Shown: piece after piece, positions 57,641 through 64,000 of the stretch
Layout of the letters: each line of letters begins with the position of its first letter
Position numbering within the stretch: the first letter of the stretch is position 1
Virus record (IMG/VR): IMGVR_UViG_3300036546_000109
Span: 1 to 64,000 of that record
Origin: a virus
Taxonomy: Duplodnaviria; Caudoviricetes
DNA length: 64,000 nt
Strand: one strand, 5' to 3'
Program-made: the position numbers and the translations under genes
Notes under the pieces: model-generated
Seen by the model: only the letters and a program-made list of their open reading frames with translations
Told to the model about the DNA's origin: nothing
The model's database searches: none

Positions 57641-57908
57641 TGTAAAGCTCCACTATCTGTTGCTTGTGTTTCCTCTGCTTCTCAAGCAAGAGTTTATATT
57701 TCCCGATGCAAGATGTGTTCTCTATGTAGCCCTTTGCAAGACTCCTCACAGACCACCCAGCCTCTTTAGCCTCGCAAGGATCAACAAGAAGACTATCGGG
57801 GGTTAGGTGTAGATTGTTCTTGTACACTGTTGTAGGATTGTTGGAGCAACTTGATAAGCTCATCAGGCAAGCGACTATCAAGGTGTACAACACCACCATC
57901 TTCAACAT
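57630..57908 (-). CDS. o-spanin lipoprotein (Rz1-like)
   Basis: Signal peptide with LSSC lipobox; overlaps the i-spanin 3' end in another frame. Confidence 0.75.
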   Translation of the reverse strand: MLKMVVLYTLIVACLMSLSSCSNNPTTVYKNNLHLTPDSLLVDPCEAKEAGWSVRSLAKGYIENTSCIGKYKLLLEKQRKHKQQIVELYNVP

Positions 57909-58230
57909 ATGAGGATTCCTTATCTGTTGCCTTCTTAGGAGCTTTACTTTGAATGCTTGGTAAGCTGTCAACTTTCTCAACAAGCTCTTCTTTCTTCTCA
58001 TCCAAGGCTTTCTGTTCTTCGTTGTGCTTTCTATTGATTTCATCAACGATAAGACAGGATTTAGTAGCCTTTTCTACATCAGAAACAAGCGTTGCATTAG
58101 CTTTCGCTAAACGATCCACATCAGCTTTAAGCGTTGCTTTATCACTGTAAAATGAGTAGGATAGGTAGCCAAACAAACACATTCCACTAAAGAGGACAGC
58201 GATTACAAGCATCAGTGGTTTTGATAGCAT
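57793..58230 (-). CDS. i-spanin (Rz-like)
   Basis: N-terminal TM segment, coiled coil, downstream of the holin. Confidence 0.75.
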   Translation of the reverse strand: MLSKPLMLVIAVLFSGMCLFGYLSYSFYSDKATLKADVDRLAKANATLVSDVEKATKSCLIVDEINRKHNEEQKALDEKKEELVEKVDSLPSIQSKAPKKATDKESSYVEDGGVVHLDSRLPDELIKLLQQSYNSVQEQSTPNPR

Positions 58231-58240
58231 GTTGTTCTCC

Positions 58241-58507
58241 TTAATCTGGAATATTGCGTTGTTTGATGAGTCGTCCCAACCCGCCGAGCACGTTCAATAC
58301 AAACATCGTCACACCATAAGCTGCTGGGGTGAACATAGGTTCAATCAGAAACATATGCGGGAGGATGATTTCTACGAATGTCAAAAGCGCAGACAGAGCA
58401 TGGAAGATGAATGAATAGCTTTTAAGAAGCTCACGCCAGTTATCGAGAAGCTTTGGTTTTACTACGTCCTTAGTTGTGCTAACAACCACTTCCTTTACCT
58501 TTTGCAT
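58241..58507 (-). CDS. putative holin
   Basis: Two TM segments, LLDNWR..LKSYS motif, directly after the endolysin. Confidence 0.6.
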   Translation of the reverse strand: MQKVKEVVVSTTKDVVKPKLLDNWRELLKSYSFIFHALSALLTFVEIILPHMFLIEPMFTPAAYGVTMFVLNVLGGLGRLIKQRNIPD

Positions 58508-59151
58508 TACACTACTCCCAAAGCTTTCTTAGCGCGTTCCAATCGCTTCTTACGGTCATCGAGGCCATGTGTTCCACCATTAATCCGTTTTGTAATGGTC
58601 AGAATATCATCCCTGTCAGCAAAGCTATTCAATCCTCTGCTATCCCAGAACCATGCAGCTGCTAATGCAGAGATAAGATTATCTTCTACAAGACGTTCTG
58701 GACGATTAACAAGATCGAAGTTAAGAGATTGATTCAGCTTAGTGTAGTTAGCACGTCCTGTGACTTGCAGAAGTCCTCTTCCGCGAAACTTCCAGCCGTC
58801 TCCGGGCTGAGTGTTCCCAAGGTTCTTTACTCCCCACTCACCACCATATACAATGTTAGCAATTGCTTGTTGGTCTGCTGGTTGTGTAGAAGTACGACCA
58901 TATTTATGAGCATCCATTTCAGAGATACGGGTACGAGAGAATGTTTTAAGAAGCCCATCCACGCTATAATTCAAGCTTTCACTTACAGATTTGAAGCTAT
59001 TGGATTCATGTCCAACCTGAGCAAGAAAATGAGCTTTGCGTAGAGGAGTATTAATGTCATACCGCTGCATAGCATTAGTGATTGGCGACCACCAAAGAGC
59101 CGCCAAGTCTTCACTAATGCCTACAGCTTTAGCTAAGTCGGAAATATTCAT
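58507..59151 (-). CDS. glycoside hydrolase family 19 endolysin
   Basis: FLAQVGHES, ESLNYS, YGG..GN..GDGWKFRGRG..QVTG..NY, INGG..GL.DR. Confidence 0.92.
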   Translation of the reverse strand: MNISDLAKAVGISEDLAALWWSPITNAMQRYDINTPLRKAHFLAQVGHESNSFKSVSESLNYSVDGLLKTFSRTRISEMDAHKYGRTSTQPADQQAIANIVYGGEWGVKNLGNTQPGDGWKFRGRGLLQVTGRANYTKLNQSLNFDLVNRPERLVEDNLISALAAAWFWDSRGLNSFADRDDILTITKRINGGTHGLDDRKKRLERAKKALGVV

Positions 59152-59243
59152 TACTTTCCTATACCATATGCAACAAAAGCAGCCGGGGCACTAAGCCCCG
59201 CTGCAATAAATGCTGCAATCAGTTTATTTTTGATTGCTCTCAT
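59151..59243 (-). CDS. 30-aa SAR-like hydrophobic peptide, probable N-terminal remnant of another lysin
   Basis: MRAIKNKLIAAFIAAGLSAPAAFVAYGIGK; TAA overlaps the endolysin ATG. Confidence 0.5.
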   Translation of the reverse strand: MRAIKNKLIAAFIAAGLSAPAAFVAYGIGK

Positions 59244-59250
59244 TCTACAC

Positions 59251-59307
59251 CATTAGTGATTGGCGACAACTAACCCCGACAGCCTTAGGTAAGTCGGCTA
59301 TACCCAT
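59251..59307 (-). repeat. degenerate copy of the endolysin 5' end
   Basis: CCGACTTA.CTAA.GCTGT.GG..TTAGT and GTCGCCAATCACTAATG match 59073-59141. Confidence 0.75.
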
Positions 59308-59331
59308 TATTTTCTCACTACTGTTGTATAA

Positions 59332-61089
59332 TTACTTGAAAATTATCCCATTAGCTGTGATTGAGTTTGGTGTAATGTTAGTGCCCCCGACCGCCCCGTT
59401 ACCTTGAATGATCGAGCCGTTAATCGCTCGTAAATCTGATGTGGAGTCAACCCCCTCGGTTTTACGAGCCTGGACGTTTAGTGCTGATACATGTGAGCCT
59501 TGTCGAGCGTGAACACAAATACCACCCGCACCCGTAAGGGTGGAGCTGTCTAGATTTATGCGGGAGGATGCCACCCTTACATTATCTACCAAACAGTTAA
59601 CGGCACTTACCAAGTTGGCGTTCACAGATGAGCCAGAAAGTGCTACAATCCCGTCTTTGCAATTGTTGAACTGTCCACCTGAAACATTCACCACCGCAGC
59701 ATTCTGAGAAAAACAGCCGATGGTTGTACAGCTACTACCAACCCCACTAGATGCTGTCAAGAAGGCAGCATCTGCCATATACCCGGTGGCACAGTTTATA
59801 GCACTAGTATTGTTAGCGCTGAGAGTAGCACCATATTCGCTCAAATAACCAATACCTGAGCAATTGTTTGCTGTGGAGTTGTTTGCAGAGACATGGGATC
59901 GTCGAGCCGTTAAGCCATTTTCAACCCCGTTGTCGAACTTACCAAACATGACGTTCACAATAGAGCCTCGGGAAATGTACAAACAAGCACCCCCACCCTC
60001 TGGAACATAGGACTCAGAGCAATCAATCCCCTGCGCATTCAAATGACTACCTGTTGTAACATTTGACCCATTGTTGCACTTGGAAAAATTTGCTGTAGAT
60101 GCTTGCATTTTTGAAGCGTTGTCTAAATAAAATCCAAATGTACCAGCGCGGGTAACTCCCTTATTAGGATTAACTAAGATAAAAGACCCATTTGTTACAT
60201 GCAAGCCCGCACCGTATTGCAACCCCATATCAAAAAGAGTGTCAATTACTGGACCTCTTGCGTTATCTATAACAAATAAGCAATTTTGGAGGGTGGGGAT
60301 GGACGAAGAGGATACGCCAACAAAAGACGGGGATAGGTGTACCACCCCGTCTTCTGATTTTATAGTAAATTTAGAGAAATCTCCATTTCTGAAAATACAA
60401 CCGGACGTCAACGCGTGACCGGCCTCGACTAGCAACGTAATCCCCCTCCCGTTTTTGATTACGGTATCGCTCATCGCATCAACAGCACTAGTGATAGAAG
60501 AATAGTCGGATGGGATTTTGACAATAACTGACTCCTGAATAATAACCCTATCCAGGGTGTATTTAACTGTGCTATTTTTATAACCAATTAAAGCAGAACC
60601 TGTCTCACTAGCTAACTCATATCTTAAATTATCTGTGTATCCTTGGGACTGAGCCTCTGATACATCCAGCTCCGCTTTACTGGCAAAATAGTCTAAGTCT
60701 TGATAAGCTGCTGTACCAAGTTCAGACACAGTAAGCTCAATATCAGCAATTCGACTATTCAGCGATGATGGTGACTCAACAACAGACAAGGAACTTCCGT
60801 CAAACTTATAAACCACCCCCGTCGATCTGATTTGGAACTCGAACCACCTAGGTGTAGGTGTAGAATACCAACTAGAATCCACCCTGAAATACATACGATT
60901 GTCTGTAGTCAGGAAAAACGCTTGACCATTTACGGGACTGGACGGGAGTGTTGAAACAATGGCATCAATATTTCTATCAAACAGGAAAGAGAACTTTGTA
61001 AGGTTCTCATCCATACCAAAATTCCAACCCGACTCCCCGTAGTTCCATCCGTACTTGCTCTCTACAAATGGGCTAATCTTTTGTGGCAT
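59332..61089 (-). CDS. tail fibre / tailspike with a beta-helix C-terminal domain
   Basis: N-terminal YGW.YGESGWN..MDENL module; Gly/Asn/Ser-rich parallel beta-helix-like repeats. Confidence 0.8.
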   Translation of the reverse strand: MPQKISPFVESKYGWNYGESGWNFGMDENLTKFSFLFDRNIDAIVSTLPSSPVNGQAFFLTTDNRMYFRVDSSWYSTPTPRWFEFQIRSTGVVYKFDGSSLSVVESPSSLNSRIADIELTVSELGTAAYQDLDYFASKAELDVSEAQSQGYTDNLRYELASETGSALIGYKNSTVKYTLDRVIIQESVIVKIPSDYSSITSAVDAMSDTVIKNGRGITLLVEAGHALTSGCIFRNGDFSKFTIKSEDGVVHLSPSFVGVSSSSIPTLQNCLFVIDNARGPVIDTLFDMGLQYGAGLHVTNGSFILVNPNKGVTRAGTFGFYLDNASKMQASTANFSKCNNGSNVTTGSHLNAQGIDCSESYVPEGGGACLYISRGSIVNVMFGKFDNGVENGLTARRSHVSANNSTANNCSGIGYLSEYGATLSANNTSAINCATGYMADAAFLTASSGVGSSCTTIGCFSQNAAVVNVSGGQFNNCKDGIVALSGSSVNANLVSAVNCLVDNVRVASSRINLDSSTLTGAGGICVHARQGSHVSALNVQARKTEGVDSTSDLRAINGSIIQGNGAVGGTNITPNSITANGIIFK

Positions 61090-61104
61090 GTTATTCCCCT
61101 CCCA

Positions 61105-61989
61105 TTAAAACCCAAGTGCGAAATATCGGCAAAGGGCGCTACCAGCCCCTGTTGAGCCACTGTCTCTTGCAAAAAGGATAGAAGCCCCGCTGTTAGTTAT
61201 GGTGTCAGAGTTCACTTTCCAACTACTTACAATTGTATCGCTATTACCAACGTCTGTAATATATATTCCAATTACTCCGTTCGGGAAGGCGGTTGGAAAG
61301 GAGATTGGGTATAGTGTGTTTGGGGTAGCGGAGCTGTTAGAATAACCCCCCCACTGCAAAATCAAACCACCCGGAAGATTTTGCCTACCAGATGATGTTG
61401 AGAGAATTTGATTTGCCCCCTTAAAAGCATCAGCTAATCTCAGCGGAGTAAGTAAGACATTGTTGCTTGTCAATGCCTGAGACTGTGCTGCTGATGCAAC
61501 GGTCGTCTTACCATCAACCTCAGTTTTTGTGTAAGTTTCCGCCTTACTGTACACACTTAAATTTGTACGGAAGGTTGCAGAATTGTACTCACTTCCGTTA
61601 TTTGAAATACGGGCATAGCGAGCATCGCTTTCTGTTGCAGTATAAAAGTCTCCAGCAGAAGCAAAAGCAATAATCCAATAGGTGTTACTTACGTCTAGAT
61701 CGGGGTCTTGGTTTGTGTGTGTGAGTACGCAACGATACACAGTACCTGTTGCCCCTTGAACATAGCTTTGGTCTGCTTGATATTCTGTCTCATTATCCCA
61801 AACAGGAATACCGTATTGATTCAAGTGAGCAAGCATTTGATCTTGCTTATAATCAATCTCGTTAAAATACTGACGGGGTGGAATCTCCACTTGCCAACCA
61901 GTTGCATACTTTGTATCGCCGGGGTAAATTCGGTCCCCACCACTAGCCCACACATTGTTTAGATTGCTAGGCTTCAAAAATTGTGCCAT
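61105..61989 (-). CDS. tail fibre protein
   Basis: GWQVEIPPRQYFN, VW...EY, LPGGLILQWG, FPTAF (gp53-like C-terminus). Confidence 0.85.
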   Translation of the reverse strand: MAQFLKPSNLNNVWASGGDRIYPGDTKYATGWQVEIPPRQYFNEIDYKQDQMLAHLNQYGIPVWDNETEYQADQSYVQGATGTVYRCVLTHTNQDPDLDVSNTYWIIAFASAGDFYTATESDARYARISNNGSEYNSATFRTNLSVYSKAETYTKTEVDGKTTVASAAQSQALTSNNVLLTPLRLADAFKGANQILSTSSGRQNLPGGLILQWGGYSNSSATPNTLYPISFPTAFPNGVIGIYITDVGNSDTIVSSWKVNSDTITNSGASILFARDSGSTGAGSALCRYFALGF

Positions 61990-62005
61990 TTGTTTCCTCT
62001 CTTAA

Positions 62006-62800
62006 TTAGTAAAGCGTAGCAAATAGCCCGCCATCGCCAGTAAGCTCGAAGTCTGAGTCACCGTATTCAAGACCATAACCAAGACCATAACCGTATGTGC
62101 CTGTAAATTCCCCAAAACCTTTAGCGCCGGGGGCACCTTGAAATCCAAAGTAATTTCCACCCTCAAACTCTCCGTAATTAATACGGACACCAACAGTCTT
62201 TGGAATGAGTCTTGAAGGGTAGCCTTGAGATGTACTCACATAGTTCAGAAGAGCTTTCTCAAAAGCTGTTAGAATACGTCCAAACATTAATGTTACTTGA
62301 GCATCACCCTCGGAGCTGATTGATATAGGAAGATCAAAGATCGTGTTTACAACGGTGATAAATTCTTCTGGTGTAGATGCTGTTACGTTCTTGAAAATCT
62401 TAGCCTTGATAAATTTACGGTAGGTTGCATCATCCAGTAAGACGTTGCCACCCAAGGGTGTTCCGTAGTTGTAGAACAAACCGCCAATGCTTGAATTACC
62501 AAACTCACCAAAGCTTTGTGCATTAGTTGCACCTTGCAAACCAAAGTATTCATATAGGTCTGCTTCAAGAAGTTCTCTTGGTTGCCCAACAATCCTTCCG
62601 ATTACGTTAAGCTGCTCGCCCTCCGCTGTATCAATGCTACGAAGCTGCATCACTTGTTTTAAAGCTTCTTGAATCTCAACTTGACCAAGGATCAGTAACT
62701 GTAGATACTTATCGAAGATGGGCTTATCGGTGAAAGCGTAGGTTACGCGATTACGGGCTTCTTCTAGGTAGGATACTGTGTCAAACTCATTTACAGCCAT
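62006..62800 (-). CDS. baseplate protein, DUF2612-like
   Basis: IDTAEG.QLNVIGRIVG..R, LDD..YR..IKAKI..N. Confidence 0.8.
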   Translation of the reverse strand: MAVNEFDTVSYLEEARNRVTYAFTDKPIFDKYLQLLILGQVEIQEALKQVMQLRSIDTAEGEQLNVIGRIVGQPRELLEADLYEYFGLQGATNAQSFGEFGNSSIGGLFYNYGTPLGGNVLLDDATYRKFIKAKIFKNVTASTPEEFITVVNTIFDLPISISSEGDAQVTLMFGRILTAFEKALLNYVSTSQGYPSRLIPKTVGVRINYGEFEGGNYFGFQGAPGAKGFGEFTGTYGYGLGYGLEYGDSDFELTGDGGLFATLY

Positions 62801-62811
62801 CAGCACCCTCC

Positions 62812-64000
62812 TTAAGACGTTGTGATTGTGATATTGTTAGGATCAAGAGAGAACAGCTCATTGAAACCAATAGAGATGTTTGCAACTCCAGTAGGAGATG
62901 GGGACGTTCCGATTGTCAAGCTGTTTACAAAGTGTCCTTGAATACTGTTAATCGGCGTGTACAGACGGCTGTAAACAACATCTTCGCCAATACCAAACTG
63001 TGCTTCCGTGTATGCAGCAATTGCATCTTTAATAGCCTGCTCGCCGTTTTGAGGAAACTCGGAGTTGGTGGTAATATCCAAGTCAATATAAATGGTGACA
63101 GGATTTGGACGCTCAAAACCAATATCGTGTGGGAAGCCTTGACTATCGTAGATCGTTACAGATGTGTTTCCATAACTACGAATACCAAGGGGCTTATTCT
63201 CCCAAATACTTTGTGCAATGTTTGTGGAAATACCACCAAGAACAATCGGCATAAAACTGTGAGCAGGGATACCATTAGCATCCGTTACATCTGTATCGTT
63301 CTCATAAATAACCACTTGCTCTACAGTGTCAAGGTTAATCAGAGCAGAGTACAATGCTTCAAGAATGTTAGAGGCACGTTCAAACTTACTTACACGGAAA
63401 CGTTCACGAAGCTCTTCATCTGTCTCAACATACCTGCCAGCAACCGCACTGACAGGGTTTGTAACACTATCCCATCCAAGAACAGGGGTGGAAACCGAAG
63501 TGATTGTATTTGGAGCTTGCTCAATCGGGCCATATTCTTGGGCAATCAAGTCACCGAGCTTATCAACCTTAGTGATCCCAAGATTAGCTGAAGTGCTGAA
63601 AGAGGTTACTTGGAAAATATCGTCAAGATCAATTTCCAAAGTCGTCCCAACAACAGTAGCAATCAATTGAGGATGATTAGCATCAATCTCTGCTTTCAGT
63701 CCTGCAAGAATGCTCGCTGCTGTGGCTCCAACACCACTTGTGTAACTAACAGTGCTTGAGCTGGTAATCCGAGAATAGGTGATGGTGTACAACGTGCTGC
63801 TTGCAACAGTTGGTACTGTAATAGTGACACCAGAAGCAAGAGACGGCGACAACGCCACACTTGCCACAACATTAAAGCTTTGTCCAGTTGTGTCACTAGA
63901 AACAACACTTCCAGAAGGAATCAGGGTTCCGTTGTTGCCTGTGAAGATAGCTTGAGCTGTAGTGTAAGTGTTAGAGAAGCGAGTGATTCCACCAAGAGCT
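62812..64000 (-). CDS. baseplate J-like wedge protein, 5' end outside the window
   Basis: Frame open to the window edge; G...ETDEELRER, YENDT..D..GIPAH, KP.GI..G. Confidence 0.88.
   Translation of the reverse strand, partial: ALGGITRFSNTYTTAQAIFTGNNGTLIPSGSVVSSDTTGQSFNVVASVALSPSLASGVTITVPTVASSTLYTITYSRITSSSTVSYTSGVGATAASILAGLKAEIDANHPQLIATVVGTTLEIDLDDIFQVTSFSTSANLGITKVDKLGDLIAQEYGPIEQAPNTITSVSTPVLGWDSVTNPVSAVAGRYVETDEELRERFRVSKFERASNILEALYSALINLDTVEQVVIYENDTDVTDANGIPAHSFMPIVLGGISTNIAQSIWENKPLGIRSYGNTSVTIYDSQGFPHDIGFERPNPVTIYIDLDITTNSEFPQNGEQAIKDAIAAYTEAQFGIGEDVVYSRLYTPINSIQGHFVNSLTIGTSPSPTGVANISIGFNELFSLDPNNITITTS

Noticed and set aside
59180-59206. GGCACTAAG inside a GC hairpin, similar to the 13-mer upstream of the polymerase-palm genes
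   Set aside because: Only a 9-base match, in a coding or remnant context and without the associated promoter architecture.
62932-63908. Several overlapping ORFs of 70-219 aa over the baseplate gene
   Set aside because: Shadow or alternative frames of a well-supported baseplate J gene, with no motifs or RBS.
1-64000. tRNA, rRNA or integrase genes
   Set aside because: No cloverleaf/T-loop signature, rRNA-like stretch or recombinase motif was recognised by eye; tRNAscan-SE or ARAGORN would be needed to confirm absence.

Overview
This is roughly 64 kb of a lytic myovirus genome; no host chromosome, tRNA, rRNA or CRISPR array was recognised. The gene set and order resemble my recollection of PAK_P1/KPP10/phiPsa374-like Pseudomonas phages (inference, not a database result). 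There are five transcription blocks. (1) 1-3050 (-): small ORFs headed by a family-A-polymerase-palm protein. (2) 3286-19772 (+): PhoH, ClpP-like protease, two amino-MTases, phosphatase, dCMP deaminase, SleB hydrolase, DNA ligase, a homing endonuclease and a helicase-like gene, followed by a ~930 bp palindrome-rich non-coding gap. (3) 20705-34119 (-): an early/host-takeover region with at least 14 sigma70-like promoters, a C5 MTase and a second polymerase-palm paralogue. (4) 34385-56817 (+): primase-helicase, PolA, SSB, exonuclease, dUTPase, a degenerate ThyX, NrdAB, glutaredoxin and several HNH genes. (5) 56916-64000 (-): lysis cassette, two tail fibres and baseplate. The most striking observation is a complete HNH endonuclease gene nested out of frame, on the same strand, inside the C5 methyltransferase. 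It sits exactly between motifs IX and X and leaves the methyltransferase frame open. Other notable items are the two polymerase-palm paralogues with a shared upstream element, a GATAGAAA box at fixed spacing ahead of early promoters, and remnants of earlier lysin genes.
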